A stretch of DNA of 64,000 nucleotides from the NCBI GenBank assembly GCA_958009085.1, contig OY253675.1, positions 248,001 to 312,000 on the forward strand, written 5' to 3'. Each line of letters starts with the position of its first letter. The stretch's first letter is position 1. Under the pieces are notes generated by a model. It was not told the DNA's origin. It made no database searches and saw nothing but the letters and a program-made list of their open reading frames with translations. The DNA comes from Protoeuglena noctilucae (taxonomy: Eukaryota). Position numbers and translations under genes: made by a program. Of this stretch, positions 12,701 to 24,108 are shown one piece after another.

Positions 12701-13231
12701 CCCCTCACCCTCCACCTCTCACCCACCCCACCCCACCTCACCCAACCCCACTCACCCACCACCCCCACCACCCCCGCAGCCTACGCCCCATCTCCCGAAT
12801 CCATGGGCCTGCACCCCAACCCCGACCCATCCAACCCCGCCCCGCCGCCCGCCTACCAAGACGCGGTGGCGACCCACACGGGTTCAATCCCCGCCAACCA
12901 CCAGCACCCCCATTTCGGGCCTTACCCCCTCCCGCCCCACGCCCCGTCGCCCCACGCTGCAGCCGGTGTGGTGCAAACACACCACCAGGGTGGTTGGGTG
13001 CCCTTTGCTAACGATGAGGCATCGCCACCCACGCATGCCCGGCATGCCGCCCAAGCCCCGACAGCAGGCGCGGGTGCGGGCGGGGGTGCGAGTGGTAGTG
13101 GGGGTGGCGTGGTTGCGCAGAGCTTCGCGCAGCAGAGGGGCGGTGCGGGTGGCAGTGGGAGTGTGGGTGGGAGTGGGAGTGGGAGTGGGGCGAGTGCCAA
13201 GGGCATCACGGAGGACCTTTTGCAGCTGTGA
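3767..13231 (+). CDS. Inositol polyphosphate 5-phosphatase with N-terminal EH (EF-hand) domain, WD40-like repeats, IPPc catalytic domain and C-terminal Ig/MSP-like region (plant FRA3/5PTase12-14 type); about 20 exons
   Basis: Catalytic motifs: WNVAEK (8985), GLQE (9223), [10 protein letters not shown]...CAHFSAHQ (9747-9829), [10 protein letters not shown] (10676), PTYKFDK...[18 protein letters not shown] (10973-11068), SDHKPV (11497). EH-like [34 protein letters not shown] (4070-4168). WD-like [26 protein letters not shown] and [12 protein letters not shown]. Ends ITEDLLQL* at 13231. Confidence 0.88.
10821..10910. repeat. (TAT/TAC)n AT-rich microsatellite in a 5-phosphatase intron
   Basis: gtactattactattactattactagtactattaccattacttttattattactactattattact. 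Confidence 0.8.
12255..12320. repeat. (CCCACT)n hexamer repeat at the 3' end of a 5-phosphatase intron
   Basis: cccactcccactgccacccccactcccactcccactcccactcccactccc just upstream of the acceptor at about 12333. Confidence 0.8.
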
Positions 13232-13976
13232 CGTGACGGAATGACGATAGTTGTACTCTTGTTATGCAGCCCTGGTTGAAAGGGACGATGTAACGCTACT
13301 GAAACGATCTGGGGGTGATACTGTGGATTGTGATTAGATGGGATTACACATCACCCAGTGTAACTGTTGCCTTTGCTTTTGCTTGGATGGCAGTGCTACA
13401 CATGACTCTACAAGCCGCAACTTCAACCACACAGGTGTGGCAAGCGCACGGCTAGGGTATCGGCAATCGCAAGTCACGCATCCAAGAGAGCAGGGCAGAG
13501 TGGTGGTGGTGCTGGTGCAAGGGGGATCACGGGATCACAGTAAAAGGCGTGACGTTGTTACCAAAGAAGGAAAGACAACGAGGCGTGAAACGAGGCAAGC
13601 GTGGCATTCATGCACGCAGGGTACCAACAGCATCGCGATGGGAAAGTGACTAGCTGTGGAACTGAGAACTAGTCACACTGGCAGTGGGCTAGTCATATTA
13701 TGGATGTCCACTAGCCGCACTGGCCGTGGGCTAGTCACTCCGTCGCAAGTCACACGGGGCGGGCAGGGGCAACGGATGGGTCGTTGATGATAGGAATCCC
13801 ATTTGAGGAATCCCTCACAGCGCTCTTGCCCAGTAGGATGATGATGGCGATATTATGGCACGAGCTCATCTCATGCCGCCATCCACAAGGGCGTCCCGTG
13901 CGCACGTGCCCCACCGCACCCTTATCGGCGTCCCATGCGATCACGCTGATGATACCATCGTCAGCATCACACGCTC

Positions 13977-16432
13977 TCACGCCGCCATGAGCAGCGTGAG
14001 GGCGAGGACGGCGCAGAGGATCGCGGCCCTGGGGATGGCCGCCAGGCTCTTCATGTTGTCCGCGCTGGTGGACGAAGCCCCCATCGACACGGTCGGGTCC
14101 CAGGTGAAGGACTGCGGGGAGGGGGAGGGTGGGAACGTGGGGCGTAAGTGGATAAGTGGGGTGTTATGGGTTGTTTTGCGATGGAACAACACGATTGGGA
14201 CTATCACATAAATGACCCGTACATATGACGGTCATGGACTGCCACGAGAGACCATCTTTGGACTGCAATGGGTCTGCTGGGTCTGTCAGTCACACGCTCC
14301 CTCACCTTGTTGAAGTAGGGCACGGTGAGCGTCACCACCAACTCAGCGCTGTTGGCGCTCATCCCCTCCACGCTGCCGCTGAGCCTCCTCGACGCCACAC
14401 CACTCCCATTCCCACTCCAATGCGCAGAGGCACTGTCATGAGCAGACGCACTGGCGTTGCCATTAGCAGACGCATTGCCATTGGCGCGGCTGGTCTCGTT
14501 GATGGCCACGTCAACGTTCGCGCAGTCATACGTCGTGGTCTCTGCACCCTGGCTATCCTGCGTAGTCACGTAAGCGCACGTCTCGAAGTCCACCGATGCC
14601 TGCTGCGTGGCGCCGGAGCCCAGGGAGAGGTTGACGCGCTTGGCGGGGGTCTGGCGGGCGCCGGCAGGGGCGGGGGTGGAGGTGGCGGTGGCGTTGGTTG
14701 AGGACGAGGCGCCCACGGGGCCGCGGCGGGGGGGGCAGGGGTCCTGCGAACGAGGGGTGGGGTGAGGTGTAGGTGGTGGGATGAGGAGATGTGGGTGGTG
14801 GTGAGGACGAGAGCGTGGTGGGATGGGCGATGCAATGTGATGCTCTGGGGCGTGCTGGTGCGTCACAACAACTGGCCCCCATTCTCAGCGCTGATCTCGC
14901 TGCAGTCTGGCTGCCGGCATCACACGATCCCTGCCCCCGTGCACGCTCGCCTGGTCGGTGCAGTCTCGGACGTCGTACCAGTGGGTGCTGTTGGTGTTGC
15001 CCGACTGCTGCACTTGCACGCGCAAGTCAAGAAGAAGCCTGTTCTGGGCGGAGCAGAAGGGCCAGCCCGTGACCTGGAGGCCGAACTGCGGGGGAGGGTG
15101 GCGGCGGGGCGGGTGTTGGTGGGCGCGAGGTGGGTACTGTCAAGTGCGCGATTACTCCTTCAGCCGGTCGCGATCGCCCCCACATATTTCCTGCCAAGCC
15201 TCCATACAACCTGTCCATCCACCACCGCCACCCCTCCTCCACCTTCACTAAGTTTACATGACCAAGGTACCCAGCTCCTACCAATACAAGCACTTGGTTG
15301 CATGATAGCGCTAGTGCTCACCTTGACGGAGTCCTTCCCGACCTGCGTCACCCCCGTGGCATTGGCACTGGCAGCGACACTGGCACTGGCACTCCCGCTG
15401 GCACTGCCGCCGGCGCTGGCGCTGGCCGTGGCGTTGACGGAGAGGGACGTGGAGGCGCAGGTGGCAGAGCAGAGGTTGGCGGACAGCGGAAGGCACGGTC
15501 CCGAGCCCGTGCAGTTGGGGATCATGAGGCTGATGTCGCTGGGGCAGTTATCCGGCACCGAGCACTGCATGTGGTCCTGGGCCGCGAAGTCGACGGCCTT
15601 GCTGAACACGAACGCGTGCATGTCGAGGCGCTGGGCGTTGGGGTCCATGACGACGGTTCCGTTCCCGGCGAGTGAGGAGGAGGAGGGGCACGCCGACAGC
15701 GACGCGGCGGAGAGGGGGAAGCCGAAGAAGAGCTCCAGGGGCTGCGGGGAGGGGGCGGGAGGGACTGTGAGTTGTGGGCGCATAGCTAGGGAGGTACTAG
15801 GAAGCGGTGCATTGCATGGGGAAAGATGACGGCACGTGGTGTCATCGCCGGTGTGGCTGTCTCACCTGGGCCGTGACGTTGGCGGCGGCGGAGATGACCG
15901 GGGACGCCACGGCAAACTGCATGCTGTTGGATTCCGAGAGATTGGTCACGGACCGACCGGCGACGACGTTGCCGCTGGAATCGACCTCGGAGATGCTGTT
16001 GAGGCGGATGTCGACGTGGCCGACGCCCTCATCCGTGCTGTCGAGGAAGACGCGCAGGTGAGGCTTGTGGCCGATGGATCGCACGCGCAGCAGGCCGTCG
16101 TCGGACGTAAACGTCGCGTTGGCCTGCGTCGGAGCGAGACATTGCAGCAGGTCTTGAAACCAGGAGTAGAACGCAGCGTGGAATGATGAGCAGTAAGCAG
16201 CCGATGGCGGACGCGAGCGGCCGCGAGGGCCGCGGACGGGTGGGGCAAGCCCTCAACGCACGATTGAGGCACCTCGACAGGGACGGGTGCAGCATCTTCG
16301 CACCTGGCCGCTGGCAGAGAGCGGGCCTCCCGCGGAGAAAAGGCTCGTGGACGAAGCGGCCCCATCGGCGAGGGCCAGCCTCGCGACGAGGGCTGTGCAA
16401 GCAAGGGCGAGCCCCAGGGTCCTCGACATCAT
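13977..16432 (-). CDS. Secreted, probably GPI-anchored protein resembling the coral skeletal aspartic acid-rich protein (SAARP/CARP4) family
   Basis: Signal peptide MSRTLGLALACTALVARLALA. Motifs VDIRLNSISEVDSSGNVV, LDMHAFVF, VGKDSVK|FGLQVTGWPFCS, LLLDLRVQV and VPYFNK|SFTWDPTVSMG. Hydrophobic C-terminal tail AAILCAVLALTLLMAA*. Many N-x-S/T sites. The family assignment is from recalled motif order, not a search. Confidence 0.65.
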
Positions 16433-16875
16433 TTCCGCGAGCCAAATCCACCCTCGCTGGACCTCGTAGGTCACAGACGCGTGAGAGAGCTTGTCTAGCT
16501 CGGCAGACACTGGCCAGGACGTCCGGAAGGGTCCCGGGGCGCGGATGCAAGCCCCAGCTGTCTCCCGCGAAAGCTCTTCGGCGCGTCAGGTAGGGCGCGG
16601 ATTGACGGGCGCGATGGAAGGAGCGAGCACTGCAAAGACTGTGCAGCAATGCCACCGCGTCGGGGGCCTTAAGCGGACGCGGCCCGCGGGGCACGCCCTT
16701 CTGGCGAGACAAAATCTGAGGTTGCGGCTCGGTTTCAAGAGGACGCGGGCTGCAACGATGGAAAATCTCATCGTCGCAATTAAGGATGGGAAGCTAGGAT
16801 CGTGAGCTAGAGTACTACAGCCGGCGCAGTTCCACGCCTGCTTCACGATGGTGCGCGCGGGGCCTAACCCAGTCC

Positions 16876-19800
16876 TCACGCGTTTTGCATCTTGCTGAGG
16901 TTGGCATAGGCACCGTTCCGCGCCATCAGCTGACTGCGGGCGCAGAGGAAAGGCCGACCGCGTCGCAAAGCATCTGCAACACAGTTACGCCATCCTCGCA
17001 CCCGAGGGCGCGCTCAACAAGCATCCAAGACATCCTTCGGCGGTTTCCTCACCCGTGCGTGCCCTCCTCGACCATCACGCCGTCCTGCACGACGGCAATC
17101 TTGTCCGCGCCCACGATCGTGCTCAGCCGGTGCGCGATGACGATGGTGGTGCGCCCGCCGACCAGGCGGTCGATGGCGTCCTGCACGACGCGCTCCGACT
17201 TGGTGTCGAGCGCCGACGTCGCCTCGTCCAGCAGCAGGATGCGCGGGTTGCGCAGCACGGCACGCGCGATGGCGATGCGCTGCTTCTGCCCGCCCGACAG
17301 CTGCGTGCCGCGCTCCCCGACCTCCGTGTCGAGGCCCTGGGGCTGCTGGCTGATGAACTCCTGCGCGCAGAAGCGACACGGCGACCTCAGCAGTCAGCTC
17401 CACGGCACAAAGCCCACCCTTGTGAGGAGACGTGCAAGTGTTCACTCATACCAACCCCTCACCCATGCGTTAGCGGCCTTGGCGGCGGCGATGGTCTCCT
17501 CCTCCGTCGCGTCCTCCCTGCCAAAGAGGATGTTCTGGCGGATGGTGGTGGCAAACAGCGTCGGCTCCTGCGCCACCAGGCCCGTTTGGCTGCGCAGCCA
17601 CTGCAGGTTGAGCGACCGCAGGTCACGCCCGTCCAAAGTGACCATGCCAGCGGCCGGATCATAGTACCTGTGGGTGAGAGCGACACGGTGGGAGTGATGT
17701 GTCAGGCTTGGCATAGGAGTAGCCTCACAGCGGTGGCAGCTCATCGCAAGACGCCTCCCACCACCTCCCAGCCTCTCACCTGAGCACGAGGGCCACGACG
17801 GTGGACTTGCCCGACCCCGACTGCCCCACCATGGCCGTTTGCTTGCCGGCGGGGATGACTAGGCTGAAGTTGTTGAACACCTTGACGTGGGGCCGGGTGG
17901 GGTAGCTGAAGTCCACGTTCCGGAGCACGATCTCGCCACGGACCTGCGGATAGTCAGAAACATCCCGCTCGCTGCCACGAGTGACTCCGCCGAGCCGGGC
18001 GCCCACCCCGCCGCCATAGCGCGTCCCGAGAACCCGGTACCGCCAATTCGTCAAACAAAGACGATGGAATCGACCATACGCATCCGGTCGCATCCGCCGA
18101 CACCATGCCAAGCTCCTCTCCGCCCCTCTCACCTCGTCTGGCTGCTCCCCGGTCGGGTCGTAGGACTGGATGGGCGGGCTGCGGTCGATGGTGGAGAAGA
18201 TGCGCTGCACGGCGCCACGGCTCTTGGCGACGTCCGGGAAGCCGAGCATGGCCTGCATGAGGCCCACGTTGGCGAGGAGCACGGCAAAGAAGGATCGGAA
18301 CACATTGGAGATGGTGATCTCGCCCTTGGAGAGGAGCTTGCCGGCCCACCACCAGGAGAGGGCGTAGAAGAGGAAGAGCACGGCGTGGGAGTAGCCCCAG
18401 GCGAGGCCGACGATGAGAGACTTCTTCATGGCCGCCCGCGTGGGGCCCTCGGTGTACCTGGGGGGCGAATGGGGGTCGTCAGGGTGGGGGTACGAGGCAT
18501 TGGGCATGGGGCAGGGAGGGCACGGGGGACGGGAGGGGCGCGGCGTGACAGCGTGAGGTGATTGCGACATGAACAAGCATGCAAAAGAATGCAGAGCGCG
18601 TGACATTCCTTTGTACAACAGGTCAACCGCACATGCTGTCCATGGCTCACCTCTTGTACAGGTCGACGAGGACGGTGTCGAGGGAGAAGGCGGCGATGAT
18701 GCGGATGTTGCCGAATGCGTCCATGGCCACGCTGTTGGCCTTGGCAAACATCTCCGAGGCGCTGCCGCCCAAGCCAGTCCTGCGAGGCCGCGTGAGATAG
18801 CGTGTTGGGGCAACTAGGGGCGTCAGTCGACAACTCTGTCGAGAACCTGTGATCAGGTGCCAGGATCAGGGGCCTCGGGCTGCGCTTAGGGTGCAGGGCA
18901 CCTGTGTGTTGACGATAGTGACGGTGACAACTGCGGTGCTCATGGCATGGCTCGTTCCCACCTGAAGAACATGCCGCGGATGACGAAGCTGGACGCCACG
19001 AGCGGCACGCAGGCGATCATGACCAGGGCCAGCTTCCAGCCGAAGTAGAGGGCCAGACCCCAGCTGGCGCCCATGACGACCATGTTCTGTAAAATGAGGC
19101 CCGCCTGGTCGCCCACAGCACCCTTGACGTACCCTGCGGAGAGAGACATGGAAGAGTCTCTGCTCGCTTGGGTGCCAGACCAGCTGACCCGTCAGGACCG
19201 ACACTGGCGGCAGCGCTCCTCCCGCTCACCCGTGTCGCGGCCCAGCGCAGCCACCAGCGCCCCCGAGTTGTTCTCTGCGCGGTCGAAAAAGGCCACCTCC
19301 TGGCCCAGCACGGCCCTGCAATCGAGTCGGAAGCATGCCGCATTCTCCCATGCGAGCTCTTGCACAGATGCCGGCGAAGCGAAAGAGCCCAAACTCACTT
19401 GAAGTAGGCGAGCTTGAGGCGGTAGGCGAGCTGCTGTCCCATGTAGAAGAAGGACGCCTGCTGGATAGTGATGCTGGTGATGGCAATCTGCGAAGACCGA
19501 CCACCGGCGGTTCGTCAGCTCAGCGACCTTTTCGTTCACTGTTGCAAGCCGCTCTTTCTCTGCGTCTCCGTACCAGAGAAAGGATGAAGATGACGAGGCC
19601 CCAGTACGCCGTGCGCTCCTTCACGACGTGCTTGTTCGGGTTGTACAAGTCACCCAGCACCGTGCCCAGCATGTACGAGAACGACGGCATCAGCGCACCC
19701 GCGACCAGCGTGAAGAGGATGCCGATGGCGAAGATCGGGAGCTCCGGGCGGTTCAGCTGGAGGAGGCGGCTGCAGTGGCAAAAACGCAGACCGTGACGAG

Positions 19801-22800
19801 GCGTCTGCTGCAGCTGTGCAGCCGGCGGTGGAGCGGCTCCCATGTGCATCCGCGTTTGCTTTATCCTTACCCGAACGAGACCTTGACCTTGTCCGGGGTC
19901 GCGGCCTTGGTCTCCTGCTCACGGGATGCCGCATCGCCTGCGACGCAGAAAAACGCGCCTTTATCAGCCAAGCTCGCTTACCAAACCAACCAAGCAATAC
20001 GATTTACAAACGATACGCATAAAAATGACGCAGGATGGTTGCTATGGTTGCTGTCCTCCCCTCAAGTGCCATAGCCTGCCCGCCTGCTCACCAGAGTTGA
20101 CCTCCGTTGGCGCAGCGTGGCTTGTCTCGGTCTTGAACATGCCCGTGAAGCCTCCCTGCGGCGAAAGGGCGCGAGGCAATTATTCAATTTCTGCATTCCC
20201 ACGCATTCCAACATTTTTTGTTCTCACTGGCAATCGCCACTAGTAATGCTTACACACCTGCGACTTCTTCTTCGCCTCCTCCTCCGCCTTCTTCTGCAGC
20301 GCCACCAGCTCCCCGTACACCGACCCGTACGTCCCCGCCAGCTCCTCGTGCGTGCCCTCCTCCACCAGCCACCCCTCTTGCATCACCGCGATCTTGTCCG
20401 CGTTCTTGATCGTGCTGCGGACGAGCAGAGCGACGGCGGACCCCGGTCGCGCCAGGCAACCTCGAGCGAGGGCTGTGACCGAGCGCTGGTAGCCGCTGCT
20501 CCCGCCCCTGCTCGCCTCAGCCGGTGCGCGATGACGAGGGTCGTGCGTCCGGACGTCATCAGCTGCTCCAGCGCCTCCTGCACTTGCCGCTCCGACTTGG
20601 TGTCAAGCGCCGACGTCGCCTCGTCCAGCAGAAGGATGGGCGGGTTGCGCAGCACGGCGCGCGCGATGGCGATGCGCTGCTTCTGCCCGCCCGACAGCTG
20701 CGTCCCGCGCTCCCCGACCTGTGCAGATGCGCGCAAAGGTGCCACTGAAGCCCCGTCCACGCTTGCCGCCACCCGCACCATCTATGCACATCTCCTCCAC
20801 CCTCCCACCCAGCTCACCTGCGTGTCGTACCCATCCGGCAGCTTCATGATGAAGTCGTGCGCGTTCGCCGCCTTAGCTGCCTCCTCCACCTGCTGCTGCG
20901 ACGCGCCCTCCCGGCCATACATGATGTTCTCGCGGATGGTGGTCGCGAAAAGCGCCGGCTCCTGCGCCACCAGACCCATCTGCGCAGGGCGAGGGCGGCC
21001 GACGTCTGTCACGCTTCCGCCACACCCAATGCTGCACATGCCGAGCACAGCACAGCACCGTGCCACTCGCCACCCAGCCCAGCACTGCCACGCCCCACCC
21101 GCCGCTCCGTCGGCTCGCCTGCGACCTCAGCCACCGCAGCTGCAGGTTCCGGATGTCCACGCCGTCCAGGTACACCCCGCCGTCCAGCACGTCGTACCAC
21201 CGCATGACGAGCGCCACCACGGTCGACTTGCCGCTGCCGCTGCCGCCCACCAGGGCCAGCGTCTTGCCCGGCTCGGCGCGGAGGCTCAGCGAGCGGAACA
21301 CCGTCACATCGGGCCGCGCAGGGTAGTGGAAGGCGACGTTGCGCAGCACGATCTCCCCGCGCACGGACGAGAGGGTGTCGCCGGGGGTGTCGGGGTCAAT
21401 CTCGATCTTTCTGCGCGTGCAAAGAACCGCAGCAGGTTCACAGTCATACCATGACGCGCGCTCCCACGCGATGCGCCTCCTCCGTCGCAGGTGCCATCCA
21501 GATGCGCTGGCGAGAGCGACAGTCCAGCTTGCCCACCTGTCGATGGTCCCGAACACGCGGGCTCCCGCGACCTGAGCGCCCTTGAAGTACTTGATGTACG
21601 GGGCGGCGTTACCAAGGGAGAAGCTGCAAGGTGCCCAAAGGGTGCTTGGATGAAGCGCTCTGCAAAGCAAGTGCTACTCGCAGCAGTTGTGGACGGTGGC
21701 GGTCAGCTCACCCTCCGATCATCGTCGCGAACATGATGTTGATGATGTCACCGCCCGTCCTGTTGCCGTTGTAGACCCGCAGCCCGCCCCAGTAGAAGCA
21801 GAGGGCGTACGTCGCGAAGATGCTGCGGAAACGAGGGCAGGGAATTCGTAAATAGAAAGCACCTTGGTTTACACCAAAACTGCATCTTTGCTTGCGTAAA
21901 TGATTTTCGGAGGTCCGAGCTCTTTGAAGGTCAACTGCACCTCAGCGAACCCAGCTGCACCACCCAGAGAGCCTCACCAGAACTGGAACATGCCCAGCGA
22001 CGCTCCCGTGCCGAACGCCAGGGGCGGCACAACCGCCTTGACGCTCGTGAGCAGGTTCGAGTACCGCGAGTGCTGCTTGTCCTCGCCACCGTACGCCGCC
22101 ACGATCCTGCGACGCAGGCCAGGGCCACTGTTTCTCGACAAGGCGAGAGAGGAAGTAGCGCCAAACAAGCACATAGATTTGCCAACAGCACTTGCATCTA
22201 CCAGTTCGAATGACGCCGACGCGTAGGCAGTGACAAAAAGCAAGGCGCCCAGATACACACCTGATGTTGGCGAAGGACTCCTGGGCGACGGCGTTGGCGC
22301 CCGAGTAGGCCTTCTCGGTGCTGCGGCGGAGCCACTCCATGGTCTTGGCGGAGAGGAAGCCGGCGAGGATGAGCGCGGGCCACGCCGATAACAGCACGAT
22401 GAAGATGTCCCAGGCGCGCCAGAAGCCGATGACGACGGCGGCGATGGCGGCCGACACGTTGTGGATGAAGGTCGCGATTTTGTCGTCCATGCCCTCCTGG
22501 ATGGCGGCTGCGCGTTGAAGGGACGGGCGACCCGGGGCAGTGAGCGACGTTGGACCAGAGTGCAACGGTTTGATGCCAAACACACATTTGTGGCCTCTCA
22601 CCCGTGTCGTCGTTGAGGGTGGAGAGGAGCCCGCCCGAGGTCGCCTGGGTGTCAAAGAAGCCCACCTCCTGGCGCATCACGGCCTTGAGGTACTTCTCGC
22701 GGATGATGTTGCTCTGGCGGACGCCCACGTACATCCAGCAGGACATCTCCAAGAAGGCAGCGGCGGCAGAGCAGCCGGCCAGGATGACGAAGTAGATGAT

Positions 22801-23609
22801 GAGGCCATCGAGCTTGTGGACAAAGTCATGCATGTTGGAGGCCTGCCCGAAGCTGTTGATGACTGCGAGGTGCGAGACAAGCGCAGTGCGCGTGGGTACG
22901 CGGGCGGGCGGGGACGATTCGGACCAAGCGCTGCGCGGCCCTGCGCGTGCCACTCGCCATTGCCCAGCAGGATGGCGAAGATCGGCAGCGCCGATCCGCC
23001 ACCGATGGCCCCGATCGTGCCAAGCGCGAGGATGGCCCAGTCCGACGACGTGCAGTAGCGGTAGATGCTGAAGTACGGCACGGACTGAGCCTCCTTGGGC
23101 GGGTGCAGCGAGCCGTGGGGCCCGATGGCGTCGGACTGCAGCGCGGGCAGGAAAGCAGCGGTCAGCGGGAAGCGCCGACCGCAGCGCAGCGTCAACGGGA
23201 CTCTCGCGGCCCTCACCTTCGCGGACCGCATGCTCTCCGCCCTCCCGGTTGTCACCTCCTCCCGCACGGAGCCCTTCCCACCCTGCAGACGGATCCGGAG
23301 GTCATAAAGGTTCCCGCCTTTGGGGGCCCCGGCGCGTCCGCATCGCGCAGCGTCTGTTCCGGATGGTTGGAGGCAACTCGCCCCGCCCAAGCGCCGCCTG
23401 GGGCCGGCGCCGCCACCAAAAGGGCCCGCCTCAGTCAAATTATTGAAACAAGTTTATTGCAGCAGCCGCACACGGCGATGCCCGCCCCAGGACTTCGCCC
23501 GGCCGAGCCTTACAAAGAGTTTGCACGCACGTCCCCACCCTCCACGCGGGCAGCTAGGTGGCTGCTGCAGGGCTCTACTCGCCGAAGCTTCCCGCTTCTT
23601 CCCGGCCAT
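16876..23609 (-). CDS. Full-length ABCB-family (MDR/P-glycoprotein) transporter, copy 1 (TMD-NBD-TMD-NBD)
   Basis: Walker [11 protein letters not shown] (21255) and [10 protein letters not shown] (17828); Q-loop LVAQEP; signature [14 protein letters not shown] twice; Walker [12 protein letters not shown] twice; TMD motifs [14 protein letters not shown] and [16 protein letters not shown]. Stop TGA at 16876-16878. The start MAGKKREAS (23609) is tentative but phase-compatible via a GC donor. Confidence 0.93.
17055..17572. repeat. Near-identical duplicated tract A (NBD2 of ABCB copy 1), matching 24268-24785
   Basis: Read side by side the two tracts appear identical, including the intron at about 17361-17463 (offset 7213). 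Confidence 0.9.
20253..21240. repeat. Near-identical duplicated tract B (NBD1 of ABCB copy 1), matching about 27714-28701
   Basis: About 1 kb including three introns, with only a few substitutions and one 1-nt indel seen (offset about 7461). Confidence 0.9.
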
Positions 23610-24108
23610 GGTGCCCAGTCTCCCAGACGTGGGCAGGTGCCGGAGTTAGGCCGGGCCTGTGGACCAGGCGTTGGACCGGCAGCTGCGCTGACGCAGCGGA
23701 CGTTTCGGCGTGAGCCCGGAGCCCGGGATCGCCTCGGTGATATCGTAGACCAGCCGCCGAACCCAAGCACGTGATTCCATGTGCGCGAACACCCCACTCC
23801 GACACCCGGGTCATTTGATCAGGTCAATCGAGGTGCGCTTTTGTACACCCTTCCGGTGACTCATCTGCACACCTAGTAGCATAAAACGCGGATGGCTTAA
23901 AGGGGGAGCGCTACGGGCCTTGAAGTGAGTGAGAAAGGGGGTGAGATGCACTGTTGCGCATGTTCTACATAGATACCGATGGAAGCGCTGCGATCGGAGG
24001 GCGTTGGGACGGACTGATGCACTTCAAGTCGAGCAGCGCCTCAACCTGCAGCGTATCAGCTTGCCGCTATGGACAGGCTATCTGACACATGGAAATGCAA
24101 TCAAAAAA

